Shown here: piece by piece, positions 50,535-60,334 of the stretch
Position numbering within the stretch: the first letter of the stretch is position 1
Layout: the number at the start of each line of letters is the position of its first letter
Source: Candidatus Bathyarchaeota archaeon
GTDB taxonomy: Archaea > Thermoproteota > Bathyarchaeia > Bathyarchaeales > Bathycorpusculaceae
DNA length: 64,000 nt
Reading direction: 5' to 3'
NCBI GenBank assembly: GCA_963833575.1
Contig: CAWHXY010000004.1
Coordinates: 640,001 to 704,000 of the forward strand
Translations under genes and position numbers: made by a program
The notes under the pieces: model-generated
Told to the model about the DNA's origin: nothing
The model's database searches: none
What the model saw: the letters and a program-made list of their open reading frames with translations, nothing else

Positions 50535-52040
50535 ATGTTAGAAGGCAAAAAAATGAAAGATATCAAACCTACAAGAAGCATTTGTCCTGAATGCCTAAAG
50601 GCTATAGATGCAACAATTTACGAAGACGACGGTAAAGTCTTTATCAAAAAAGAATGCCCCGAACATGGGCCTTTTCAAGAACTCTACTGGTCAGACTATG
50701 ACCAATATGTGCGGGCAGAAAAGTTCCGCTTTGACGGTGACGGAATAAGTAATCCGCGAACCGAGAAAAAAAATAGTTGCCCAAACGACTGCGGCATATG
50801 TCCCGAGCACAAATCGCATACTGCACTAGCAATAATCGATGTCACAAACAGGTGCAATCTTACTTGCCCAGTTTGTTTTGCGAATGCGGCTGCTGCGGGA
50901 TACGTTTACGAACCAACGAAAGAACAGATTACTGGAATGCTGGAGAACCTTCGAGCCAACAAACCCGTGGCAGCCACAGCGCTTCAGTTCTCTGGCGGAG
51001 AACCGACAATACGCAAAGAACTCCCTGATTTCGTTCGAAAAGCAAAAGAGCTTGGTTTCAGCCATGTGGAGGTTAATACCAATGGGCTTCGACTTTCACA
51101 AAGCGTAGAATACTGCAAAGAACTCAAAGAGGCTGGCGTAAGCACTATTTACCTCCAATTTGACGGGTTAACTTCAGATGTTTTCAAGTTTATCCGTGGA
51201 GTTGATTTGCTTGACATTAAAATGAAGGCTATTGAGAACCTTCGTGCGGCAGGATTCAACAGCGTCGTGTTAGTTGTCACGTTAGTAAAGGGTGTAAACG
51301 ATCATCAACTTGGAGACATTGTGAACTTCGCAGTCAAAAACTTTGATGTTGTAAGATGCATCAATGTTCAACCTGTAAGCTTATGCGGGCGTTTGCCGCA
51401 AAAAGATCGGGAAAAGATGCGTATCACAATCCCAGACTTCATGAAAAAAGTTGAAGAGCAAACCAGTGGCATGATTAAAACCTCAGACTTCTACCCAGTA
51501 CCTTCAGTGGCGATAGTGTCTAAAGCTGTTGGCGCATTAAAAAATAGACGATACCTCGAGTTCACTGCTCACCCGCACTGCGGCATGGCAACATATCTCA
51601 TGATTGACAAAGGCAAAGTGAAAACCATCGGTGAAATGGCAAATGTTGACGCTTTCTTTGCTGGAATGAGAGATGTTTACGAAAAAGCATCCAGTGGACA
51701 TAAAACAAGAGCATATTTATCTTTGCTTGGCACCGTTCGCCATCTAAAGTTCAGCACCCTACGAAAAGTGTTCCCCGTAGTTACGAAAGGCGATTACAAA
51801 TCTCTTGGCGACCTACAAAGGCAATCAATTTTGCTCTCAGCGATGCATTTCATGGATCCATATAACTTTGACCTTGAAAGAGTGCAACGCTGCCTAATCC
51901 ACTATGCCGTACCAGATGGGCGCATAATTCCGTTCTGCACCATGAACTCCATTCATAGAACTGAAGTTGAAAAGAAACTTGGTGTCCCAATCAAAGAATG
52001 GAAGGCACAACATAAAGTTGAAATAAGCCAACCATTCTAG
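50535..52040 (+). CDS. tes: Radical SAM tetraether lipid synthase (Tes/GDGT-MAS family)
   Basis: CPEC..CPEHG, CPNDCGICPEH, CNLTCPVC, HPHCG, HFMDPYNFD..RCLIHY..IIPFC. Confidence 0.85.
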   Translation: MLEGKKMKDIKPTRSICPECLKAIDATIYEDDGKVFIKKECPEHGPFQELYWSDYDQYVRAEKFRFDGDGISNPRTEKKNSCPNDCGICPEHKSHTALAIIDVTNRCNLTCPVCFANAAAAGYVYEPTKEQITGMLENLRANKPVAATALQFSGGEPTIRKELPDFVRKAKELGFSHVEVNTNGLRLSQSVEYCKELKEAGVSTIYLQFDGLTSDVFKFIRGVDLLDIKMKAIENLRAAGFNSVVLVVTLVKGVNDHQLGDIVNFAVKNFDVVRCINVQPVSLCGRLPQKDREKMRITIPDFMKKVEEQTSGMIKTSDFYPVPSVAIVSKAVGALKNRRYLEFTAHPHCGMATYLMIDKGKVKTIGEMANVDAFFAGMRDVYEKASSGHKTRAYLSLLGTVRHLKFSTLRKVFPVVTKGDYKSLGDLQRQSILLSAMHFMDPYNFDLERVQRCLIHYAVPDGRIIPFCTMNSIHRTEVEKKLGVPIKEWKAQHKVEISQPF

Positions 52041-52074
52041 ATGTTGAGAACATAAAATATCAAAGTGAAAATTT

Positions 52075-52401
52075 ATGGGTGGAAAAAAGAAGCTTGGCAT
52101 AAAGCAGATGGAAAAGCAGCAAGTTACTCAAGACGAAGCTAAGCAAGAGAAGAAAAAAGAGAAAGCCGGACCGCCAAAAGAAAGAAAAACTATAGGGATC
52201 ATGGCTCCAGATGCAAAAGATGGCAAAATCGTTGCTGAAGTCAAAAAAATGGGCGTTCTAACACCTTATTCTGTTTCAGCAAGGTATGGCATACGAGTAA
52301 GCGCAGCCAAAGACTTTCTTAGACAATTAGAAGCCAATGGCGCAGTGCAGCTTGTTTCCGGAAGCCACAACATCAAAATCTACAAAGCCAACGCAAGTTA
52401 A
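52075..52401 (+). CDS. rps25e: 30S ribosomal protein S25e
   Basis: MGGKKK, LTPYSVS..YGIRVSAAK.FLR.L. Confidence 0.88.
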   Translation: MGGKKKLGIKQMEKQQVTQDEAKQEKKKEKAGPPKERKTIGIMAPDAKDGKIVAEVKKMGVLTPYSVSARYGIRVSAAKDFLRQLEANGAVQLVSGSHNIKIYKANAS

Positions 52402-52460
52402 TATTCTTCAGTCTAACATCATATTTTATTATTTTTTGTTGTAATGGAGTCTAGTTTTCG

Positions 52461-52943
52461 TTGAAAGATTTTCCTGAAAGAGTTTACACTTCAGAAGAAG
52501 TAAAAACTGCTAAAGAACTAGCTAGTGAAGGCTACAAACACAACCTAACGGTTGAGGGCTCACCGGATTTCAAAGCAAAAGTCAATCGGGCTCTTGAACT
52601 TATCAAAACCGCAAATTACTTTGATTTTCTAAGTACTTACATAAGAAGAATTATAGAAATTGACGGAATAACACAGTTGCGTGAAACAGAAGTTGCTATC
52701 TGGGCAAACAAATTCGCCGTAGAAAATCCCGTTGACGCTTCGAGCCTTTTCATTCAAAAAGCTTACCATATGAAAGAGTACGTAGAAGGCGATCTTTACT
52801 ATGGGGGCAACGCAGAAAAGCGTTCGGTCGCAAAACGCGTCGAGTTCTTGCAGGCTCTCAGTGACAGAAGCGTTGACAAAGAAGTGAAAGAAGAATGCAA
52901 CCGACTGTTGCAAATGTGGAAAGAAAGCTCATTAGCTTTTTAA
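52461..52943 (+). CDS. Hypothetical protein
   Basis: 160-aa ORF with GGAG SD and normal composition. Confidence 0.7.
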   Translation: MKDFPERVYTSEEVKTAKELASEGYKHNLTVEGSPDFKAKVNRALELIKTANYFDFLSTYIRRIIEIDGITQLRETEVAIWANKFAVENPVDASSLFIQKAYHMKEYVEGDLYYGGNAEKRSVAKRVEFLQALSDRSVDKEVKEECNRLLQMWKESSLAF

Positions 52944-53350
52944 GCGGTCAATAGTTCAACCTTAATTGCCGTTCCACTTTTGACTTGTTTAAAAATTTCC
53001 AAATTATTTGTTATTTTACCAAGTATACTTACGGGGCTGTAGGGTTGTGACTTCCCGTAGAAAACGCATAAAGCACCACCCATAGGCCAAAAAGCAATAG
53101 TGCCAGTTTCTACCGTGGGCTTTGCTTTTTCTTCACCCATTTTTATTGGGATTTCAAAATAAACTTCTTCTTTCCATAAAGCAGCTCTGCCTTCTACTGG
53201 AAGCTTTCGAACGATATAGTCGATTGTTCGTGGCGCTAAGAACCTGACTAATTCACCTTCAGCTTCACCTAGGCCTTCGATGATAAACTTGACTTTTATA
53301 TGGGAAACGTCTGCTTGAACGCCTGATTGAACGTCTGGTTCATTACTCAC
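52940..53350 (-). CDS. Cyclophilin-like fold protein (DUF369-type)
   Basis: WKEEVYF, GTIAFWPMGGALCVFYG, SPVSILG. Confidence 0.85.
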   Translation of the reverse strand: MSNEPDVQSGVQADVSHIKVKFIIEGLGEAEGELVRFLAPRTIDYIVRKLPVEGRAALWKEEVYFEIPIKMGEEKAKPTVETGTIAFWPMGGALCVFYGKSQPYSPVSILGKITNNLEIFKQVKSGTAIKVELLTA

Positions 53351-53475
53351 TGTTTCATGCTCCTTTAATGAAAATCCAAAATCTCTTAGGATAGGCTATT
53401 CAATGGTCGAAGTTCAATTTAACTCTTACAGTCAACCATTATCGGCAATGACAAATCAGGGCATCGTTAATTTGG

Positions 53476-54579
53476 TCACAGGAGACTTAAAACTGTTTTT
53501 CCTATGAAATCAATCTGCTCAGCGGTGACTCCAGGGTGAATCGGCAGTGAGAAAACCTGTTTTGATGCCCTGTCGGTTTCAGGCAGTTTAGAAGTTTCAA
53601 AGTTTTCTCGGTAGAACGGCATTTGATGCACTGGATTAACATAGTAAGCTTCCGATCCAATCCCCTCTTTTCTCAGCTTATCCATTAAGGTGTTACGTTG
53701 TGTCTCGGTGCCGTCTTTCAGTCTCGCAGTATACAGGTACCAACTGTGTTGTCGGTCTTTTGATTCCCAAGGCAAAATAAGGCTATTGCTTTCCTTAAGA
53801 ATTTTTGTTAATTGCTGTGCATTTTGTCTGCGTTTAGACAAAAAAGATGGCAACTTTTCCATTTGCGCATTGCCTATTGCCGCCTGCATTTCTGACATGC
53901 GGTAGTTTGTTCCAAGCATAAGTGATGAATACTTTGCTTTTTCCCCATGGGTCCTAATCATCCGCAAAGTCTCATCCATTTCATCTTCGTTTGTTGTTGC
54001 TAGTCCACCTTCACCTGTGGTCATGTTTTTGCTTGCGTATAAGCTCCAGCAGGCAGCATCTGCAAAGGTGCCAGCGGGTTTCCCAGCGTATGTTGTTCCA
54101 TGCGCTTGTGCAGCGTCTTCAATTAAAGCTAAGCCGTGTTTCTGGGCGATTTCCCGTAAAGGTTCCATATCAGCTGAAAAACCGTAGAGGTCGACAGGAA
54201 GAATAGCCTTTGTGCGTTTTGTTATTGATTTTTCAACTGCAATAGGTGATAAATTGTAAGTTTCTGCGTTGATATCGACGAAAACTGGTTTCCCACCTGC
54301 TAAAACGACGGCTTCTGCAGTGGCTACAAAAGTGAAGCTTGGCAAAATAACTTCATCACCCTGTTTTACACCGCAAGCCATAACTGCTGAGTGCAAGGCG
54401 GCAGTACCCGTGTTAACTGCAACTGCATGTTTTACACCCGCAAAGTGTGCGAAGTTTTTCTCAAATTCCGTCACCATTAGGCCAGCGCCAAGCCCGCTTG
54501 TTAACATGCCACTTCTGAGAACTTTTACTACTGCTTGGACTTCTTCTTCGCCAATCTTTGGTAGGTTAATGGGTATCAT
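53476..54579 (-). CDS. DegT/DnrJ/EryC1/StrS sugar aminotransferase
   Basis: GTAALH, IEDAAQAHG, SLYASKNMTTGEGG, NYRMSE. Confidence 0.93.
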   Translation of the reverse strand: MIPINLPKIGEEEVQAVVKVLRSGMLTSGLGAGLMVTEFEKNFAHFAGVKHAVAVNTGTAALHSAVMACGVKQGDEVILPSFTFVATAEAVVLAGGKPVFVDINAETYNLSPIAVEKSITKRTKAILPVDLYGFSADMEPLREIAQKHGLALIEDAAQAHGTTYAGKPAGTFADAACWSLYASKNMTTGEGGLATTNEDEMDETLRMIRTHGEKAKYSSLMLGTNYRMSEMQAAIGNAQMEKLPSFLSKRRQNAQQLTKILKESNSLILPWESKDRQHSWYLYTARLKDGTETQRNTLMDKLRKEGIGSEAYYVNPVHQMPFYRENFETSKLPETDRASKQVFSLPIHPGVTAEQIDFIGKTVLSLL

Positions 54580-54683
54580 CGTTTAGCCTCATTCTGTTAG
54601 ATACTGCGTCAAGCAATATTTTAATTTGCTCAAAACAAAGCAACCTTTCATTGACACTTGAACTTGAAGAAATAGATAAAAAA

Positions 54684-55817
54684 TTATTCGATATTCATTT
54701 TTTGGGTAATTTTATAATCAATCACAACGCTAATTCCACGAGTACTAAGCTCTTTATCCAACGCCAAATCGCCAGTATCAACCCTTAAACTCTTCAACCT
54801 ATCCAACTTGCTTTTAGTAGCAACCACACCAATGTTGTCCAAGCCTATTTGACGGATAACTCGAGAACTTATCTGCTGATTTCCTCTGCCAAAAATGAAG
54901 CCTTGCCCCCCAATCGGAGTCACAATTATTTGAGCTGCCTTACCCTTTGTGGCTTCCAATATTTCTTTTTCGTTTACATCGCTTGAGATTATTTTTTTGT
55001 CTAAAAACAAATCTACGCCAAGTAACGTTTTTTTCTGGTCTAAAAGGTCACTGATTGTACGGGTTGTTGTTCCAGGACCCATAACGTAAATTGTGTTAGG
55101 CGTCATTTCTTCAATAATTTGAATGGCTACTGCAACTTGATTGCGGACTTCATTCTCGGTCATTGGGCTTTCAAGTTTGTTGCCTTGAATCAGATGCGGC
55201 TCAAACGGGCTAAGCATGTAACCATAAAGCTCTGCAGAAAGGTGGCCTTCACGGAAGGCTTGCTCGTCTATGTCCATAACTTCTGCTTCCCTCAAAGGCA
55301 GCAAACCCCACAGATACCCAAGGGCGACTCTGGCTGCAGCCTGCGCTGTCACCGCAAACAGGGCACTGTGCATTTTAACTCCAGTGGGCACACCCAACAC
55401 TGGAACCTTCAAGCCGGCTGTTTTGAGTATGTCACGAGCGGTTCCATCGCCGCCACAGAAAACAAGCAAATCCACCCGCGCCACAAGCATCGACTTTGCC
55501 ATATCGCCGGTATCTTCTGAAGTGGTCTGAACTTTGCTCTCACCAACAGCCTCAAAAGCCAACCCGCATTTCTTAGCCTCTTCTGCCCCCATGCTACCAG
55601 CACCAACCACCAAACGCAAATCATTAGCCTCAACTAGAGCGGCAAGAAAAGTCTCAGCCCTCCGTGCAGCGATAGGCTTAGCACCCAACGAAATAGCTTT
55701 TTCAAGGATAGCTTTGCCGTCGGTTCCTTTCAACCCAACTGCGCCGCCCATACCTGCCACTGGGTTGACGATAAAACCGAGGGTTTTGGTTGGCAGAGAC
55801 TTTTTGAGAGAGGTCAA
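54684..55817 (-). CDS. ATP-NAD kinase family protein
   Basis: NPVAGMGGAVGLKGTDG, GGDGTARD, GVKMHS, GRGNQQ. Confidence 0.85.
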   Translation of the reverse strand: MTSLKKSLPTKTLGFIVNPVAGMGGAVGLKGTDGKAILEKAISLGAKPIAARRAETFLAALVEANDLRLVVGAGSMGAEEAKKCGLAFEAVGESKVQTTSEDTGDMAKSMLVARVDLLVFCGGDGTARDILKTAGLKVPVLGVPTGVKMHSALFAVTAQAAARVALGYLWGLLPLREAEVMDIDEQAFREGHLSAELYGYMLSPFEPHLIQGNKLESPMTENEVRNQVAVAIQIIEEMTPNTIYVMGPGTTTRTISDLLDQKKTLLGVDLFLDKKIISSDVNEKEILEATKGKAAQIIVTPIGGQGFIFGRGNQQISSRVIRQIGLDNIGVVATKSKLDRLKSLRVDTGDLALDKELSTRGISVVIDYKITQKMNIE

Positions 55818-56130
55818 TTTGGGTGTGCCTAAGTTGGTATTAGGTTACTATCATAAAACCCCTTTGTATCACATTTAAAAAACGAATTCGTTTGAAAAAG
55901 TCTTAACTACCTTTGGAACAAAATAGCTTGTTACAAATGTCATCATGATCCACATCACTCGAGCGGTGCTGCCATGGCAGGTACTCAAAACAATGGCAAA
56001 CGAACACCGACAAGAACTTCAACATGCGTCTCATGGCAAGTCGCACAGTAATTATCTTTTCTCGAAAGTAGGAAAAAGAATTAAAAAAGAGCACTGATGC
56101 AGACCAATAGGGATACCTGCTATTTGTGGA

Positions 56131-56171
56131 CAAAAAACAACAACAAAAAGAACAAAAAAGAAAAGAAAAAG
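56131..56171 (-). terminator. Long oligo-U terminator of trpB2
   Basis: About 40-nt T-rich tract on the minus strand right after the trpB2 stop. Confidence 0.6.
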
Positions 56172-56177
56172 TTTTGT

Positions 56178-57599
56178 TTAGTATGTTTCGCAGCCGATGT
56201 ATTGTTTTGAGACTTCATTTAGCCATGGATAGAGGTTGCGCAGCTTATCCATCGACTCTGCAACTTTAGCTGCTGGGTACTCGTAGGGTTGGAGGCGTCC
56301 ATTGAAGTATTCGTCGTAAGCTGACATATCAAAGAAACCATGTCCTGTTAATGCGAACAGCAGCGTTTTGGATTCATTGGTTTTTGCGCATTGGCGCGCG
56401 TCGTCGATTACCACTTTGATGGCATGAGTCGATTCTGGTGAGGGGATTATTCCTTCTGAACGTATGAATATTTTAGCAGCGTCGAAAGCGTCAACTTGGT
56501 TAACCGCTAGGGTGCTTATTTGTTTCTCTTTGGCTAGTACGCTGATGGTTGGTGCGATACCGTGGTAACGTAGTCCACCTGCGTGGATTGGGGCCGGCAT
56601 AAAGTCGTGTCCCAGCGTGTGCATAGGTACGAGCGGCGTCAATTTCGCAGTGTCACCGTGATCATAGGTATAATAGCCCCTTGTGACTTTGGGGCACGCT
56701 GATGGTTCAACCGCGATATACTTGGTTTGCTTTGGTGCCTTCTTGGAAACTTTATCGTAGTAGAAAGGCCAGAAGAGACCCGAAAAGCTGCTTCCACCGC
56801 CGATGCATCCATAAATCGCATCAGGATAGTCCTCCACCATTTCCACCTGTTTTTTAGCTTCTATTCCTGCCACGGTTTGATGCATGCAGACGTGGTTGAA
56901 CACGCTTCCGATGGTGTAATTTGCTTTCTTGCCTGTTTTTTCGCTTTCCAGTGAGTCTTCTACTGCTTCACTTATTGCGATGCCCAGTGACCCTTGGTTT
57001 TCTGGGTCTTCAGCGAGGATTTTTCGTCCGGACTCCGTTTTGTTGCTTGGGCTGGCATAGACTGTGGCGCCAAAAGCGTTCATCATTGCTTTGCGGTATG
57101 GCTTTTGATTAAAGCTTGCGCGGACCATGTAAACAGTTGCTTCTAAACCGAACATGCCAGCTGCAAACGATAGTGCTGAACCCCATTGGCCTGCGCCTGT
57201 TTCGGTTGTTACTCTTGTTATGCCTTCTTTCATGTTATAGTAGGCTTGTGGGACTGCGCTGTTAGTTTTGTGGCTGCCTGAGGGGCTAACACCTTCATAT
57301 TTGTAGTAGATTTTGGCGGGTGTTTTGAGCACTTTTTCTAGTCCTAAGGCTCGAAACAGCGGGGAGGGTCTCCAGATCTTGTATATTTCTCGTACTTCAT
57401 CTGGGATGTTTATCCATCGTTCTTGGCTTATTTCTTGGCCGATTATTTCTTTTGGGAATATTCTCGGAACTATGCCAACGCCTGGTTGCCCTGTTGCCGC
57501 ATCTATGAATGGCGGAAGCGGGTGGGGTAGGTCGGGCACTATGTTGTACCATTGTTTTGGTATGTCGTTTTCTTTTAGTAGGATTTTTTTGTCGGGCAT
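56178..57599 (-). CDS. trpB2: Tryptophan synthase beta chain type 2 (TrpB2)
   Basis: GSHKTNSA, TETGAGQWGSA, HAGGLRYHG; no adjacent trpA. Confidence 0.93.
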   Translation of the reverse strand: MPDKKILLKENDIPKQWYNIVPDLPHPLPPFIDAATGQPGVGIVPRIFPKEIIGQEISQERWINIPDEVREIYKIWRPSPLFRALGLEKVLKTPAKIYYKYEGVSPSGSHKTNSAVPQAYYNMKEGITRVTTETGAGQWGSALSFAAGMFGLEATVYMVRASFNQKPYRKAMMNAFGATVYASPSNKTESGRKILAEDPENQGSLGIAISEAVEDSLESEKTGKKANYTIGSVFNHVCMHQTVAGIEAKKQVEMVEDYPDAIYGCIGGGSSFSGLFWPFYYDKVSKKAPKQTKYIAVEPSACPKVTRGYYTYDHGDTAKLTPLVPMHTLGHDFMPAPIHAGGLRYHGIAPTISVLAKEKQISTLAVNQVDAFDAAKIFIRSEGIIPSPESTHAIKVVIDDARQCAKTNESKTLLFALTGHGFFDMSAYDEYFNGRLQPYEYPAAKVAESMDKLRNLYPWLNEVSKQYIGCETY

Positions 57600-57632
57600 T
57601 TTTTTCGCCTTTTAACGTTTAAAGCGATGAAA

Positions 57633-57678
57633 TGTACTTTCAAGTTTTATTTAAGGCTTTTGTGTACACTTTTGTTCA
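57633..57678. promoter_or_regulatory. TRP boxes (putative TrpY operator)
   Basis: TGTACT at 57633 and TGTACA-4bp-TGTTCA at 57663-57678, between the divergent trpB2 and trpY genes. Confidence 0.7.
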
Positions 57679-57749
57679 TTTAAAACCTTGAAACACATAA
57701 ACAACACATTTATACCCAAACGAACAGAAACACGCATAAGCGAAACAAA

Positions 57750-58253
57750 ATGTGGAACCAAATAAAAAATCAACTCCAAGAATACCCTGAACGACTCAAA
57801 GTCGCACGCGTACTCGTAGAAAACGGGTTAAGCGTCCAAAACAACAAAATATACCTAAACCAAATCGAAATCCCACCAGTACGTATTGCAAGAGTAGCTG
57901 GAGTCGACAGACGAACAGTGAACGAGACGATAAACACCATAAAAAACAGCCCTGATCTCAAATTAATTTTTGAAGAAATACGCCCCGCAGGTCACTCGCT
58001 AAAAGAAATCGCTAAACACATTAACCTCGGAGTGTTGGAAATAACTCCTATAAACGCAAAATCGCTGGGAATATTATCCAATGCAGCCACCGTTCTCAAC
58101 AAGGCAGGATTAAGCATCAGACAAGCAATCGTAGATGACCCAGAGCTCTCACCTGAACCAAAACTTACTCTGATTGTTGAGAAAAAAATCCCTGGGGAAA
58201 TTATCCCAGAGATTCTAAAAATACCTGGAATAGCCAAAGTTTCAGTCTATTAA
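57750..58253 (+). CDS. trpY: TrpY-type HTH-ACT tryptophan-responsive regulator
   Basis: MW..I, YP.R..VAR, GVDRRTV, SIRQA..DPEL..P.LT, KVSVY; divergent from trpB2. Confidence 0.82.
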   Translation: MWNQIKNQLQEYPERLKVARVLVENGLSVQNNKIYLNQIEIPPVRIARVAGVDRRTVNETINTIKNSPDLKLIFEEIRPAGHSLKEIAKHINLGVLEITPINAKSLGILSNAATVLNKAGLSIRQAIVDDPELSPEPKLTLIVEKKIPGEIIPEILKIPGIAKVSVY

Positions 58254-58405
58254 CCGTGGCAAAATTGACACAAAGAAAACCTCAAAAGTAGGCTAAATGA
58301 TGCAAAAATCGCTTGCGTAGGCTTTATTAATTACGCCCTGCCTAGAAAAACTTATATTGATAGTAACATTTTGTTGTTGTTCTCGATTAAAGGAGATTAC
58401 TTGAT

Positions 58406-60082
58406 TTGTCATCATTCCCAACCCAAGCGGGCGGAACCCCTATTCTTGTTTTAAGGGAAGGCTCAAACAGGTCCCGTGGAAGAGAAGCTCAACACGGAAA
58501 TATAACTGCCGCGAAGGTTATAGCAGAAAGCGTCCGAAGCTCTTTAGGACCAAAAGGCATGGATAAAATGCTAGTTGACAGCTTTGGCGATGTCACAATA
58601 ACAAGCGATGGGCGAACCATCTTAGATGAAATGGATATTCAGCATCCAACAGCAAAAATGCTTGTTGAAGTTGCCAAAACACAAGACAACGAAGCTGGCG
58701 ACGGAACAACATCAGTAGTAATTATTGCGGGAGAACTTTTAAGCAGAGCCGAAGAACTAATAGACAAAAACATTCACCCTACAATTATTATTGATGGTTA
58801 TCAAAAGGCAGCGGCAAAGGCGTTAGAAACACTTGAGAAAATATCCATACCGGTAGACTTGAAATCTCAGGAATACCTGAAAAAAGCTGCAACTACCTCA
58901 ATGGGTAGCAAAATCGTTGCCGAATACAAAGAATACTTGGCTGATTTGGCAGTTAAAGCAATGATGGCCGTAGCCGAAAAACAAAATGGTGCCTATAAGG
59001 CGGATGTCGACGACGTCAAAGTTGAAAAAAAAACAGGCGAGTCCCTCAAGGATACCAGCCTGATAAATGGCATTGTTTTAGATAAAGAAATTGTTCATTC
59101 AGGAATGCTCAAGCGAGTAGAAAAAGCAAAGATTGCATTAATTGACGCATCGTTAGAGAACGAGAAAACCGAGCTAGATGCAAAAATAAGTATTGAAAGT
59201 CCCGACCAGATTGAAGCATTCCTCAAACAAGAAGAAACAATGCTACAAGAAATGACTGACAAAATTTTAGCTTCAGGTGCCAACGTGGTCATCTGCCAAA
59301 AAGGCATAGACGATTTGGCTCAGAGTTTTCTTGCAAGAAAAGGGGCAATTGCAATTAGAAGAGCCAAAAAATCAGACATGGAAAAACTTGCAAGAGCAAC
59401 GGGTGGAAAAATAGTAAGCAGTATTGATGATATTTCAAAATCAGATCTCGGGTATGCCGCTTTGGTTGAGGAACGCAAAATTGGCGACGACAAAATGACG
59501 TTCGTCGAAGGCTGTAAGAACCCCAAATCTGTAACCATCTTAATCAGAGCCGGATCGCAACGTATGACCGCAGAGGCGGAACGCTCAATTCACGATGCAC
59601 TATGCGTTATTAGAGACCTACTACAAGAACCAAAAATTGTTGCTGGAGGAAGTGCTCCAGAGCTTGAAATGGCAAGTGTTCTTAGAAAATTTGCTGAGAC
59701 AGTGCCGGGAAGAGAGCAACTTGCAGTTAGAGTATTCGCAGAAGCCCTCGAATCTATTGCAGTTACACTTGCTGAGAATGCTGGCGTAGACCCAATTGAT
59801 ATACTTGTAGAATTACGATCAAGGCATGAAAAAGGAGAAACATGGGCCGGCATTGAAGTTAATGAAGGAAAAGTTCAAGATATGTCAAAGGCAAACATTT
59901 TTGAACCCCTTTCAGTTAAAAAACAAATAATCAAATCCGCAAACGAAGCTGCTTCTATGATTCTCAGAATCGATGACCTAATTTCCGCCACCAAAATGAA
60001 AGCACCTCCAATGCCACCAGGAGGAATGGGCGGAATGGGAGGTATGGGTGGCATGGGCGGATATCCAGGCGCAGGAGAGTAA
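58406..60082 (+). CDS. ths: Thermosome (group II chaperonin) subunit
   Basis: [18 protein letters not shown]-repeat tail. Confidence 0.97.
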   Translation: MSSFPTQAGGTPILVLREGSNRSRGREAQHGNITAAKVIAESVRSSLGPKGMDKMLVDSFGDVTITSDGRTILDEMDIQHPTAKMLVEVAKTQDNEAGDGTTSVVIIAGELLSRAEELIDKNIHPTIIIDGYQKAAAKALETLEKISIPVDLKSQEYLKKAATTSMGSKIVAEYKEYLADLAVKAMMAVAEKQNGAYKADVDDVKVEKKTGESLKDTSLINGIVLDKEIVHSGMLKRVEKAKIALIDASLENEKTELDAKISIESPDQIEAFLKQEETMLQEMTDKILASGANVVICQKGIDDLAQSFLARKGAIAIRRAKKSDMEKLARATGGKIVSSIDDISKSDLGYAALVEERKIGDDKMTFVEGCKNPKSVTILIRAGSQRMTAEAERSIHDALCVIRDLLQEPKIVAGGSAPELEMASVLRKFAETVPGREQLAVRVFAEALESIAVTLAENAGVDPIDILVELRSRHEKGETWAGIEVNEGKVQDMSKANIFEPLSVKKQIIKSANEAASMILRIDDLISATKMKAPPMPPGGMGGMGGMGGMGGYPGAGE

Positions 60083-60088
60083 TAAAAT

Positions 60089-60331
60089 ACGTCAAAACAA
60101 GAAATAATTGTTGGACCACCAAAAATTACTCGTTTCGAGAAAGCTAGAATAGTTGGAGCTAGAGCACTTCAGATCTCGATGGGAGCACCAATTTTGGTGG
60201 ATGCAGCTGAAAATACAAACCCTATTGATATCGCTCTAAAAGAACTTGAGGCTGGAATACTCCCGATAACCATCAGAAGAACGCTACCAGACGGAACCTT
60301 CCAAGATATTCCTCTAAAATGGCTATCTTGA
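60089..60331 (+). CDS. rpoK: RNA polymerase subunit Rpo6/K (absent from the ORF track; non-canonical start)
   Basis: Manual translation (T/M)[33 protein letters not shown]...[12 protein letters not shown]; start ACG inferred. Confidence 0.9.
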   Translation, partial: TSKQEIIVGPPKITRFEKARIVGARALQISMGAPILVDAAENTNPIDIALKELEAGILPITIRRTLPDGTFQDIPLKWLS

Positions 60332-60334
60332 GCT

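Noticed and set aside
55915-56051. CYKCH (heme-like CxxCH) in a + strand frame
   Set aside because: No start codon upstream of the motif in that frame and no signal peptide; probably chance.
60018-60062. Short tandem GGNATG-type repeats
   Set aside because: They encode the well-known Gly-Gly-Met tail of chaperonins.
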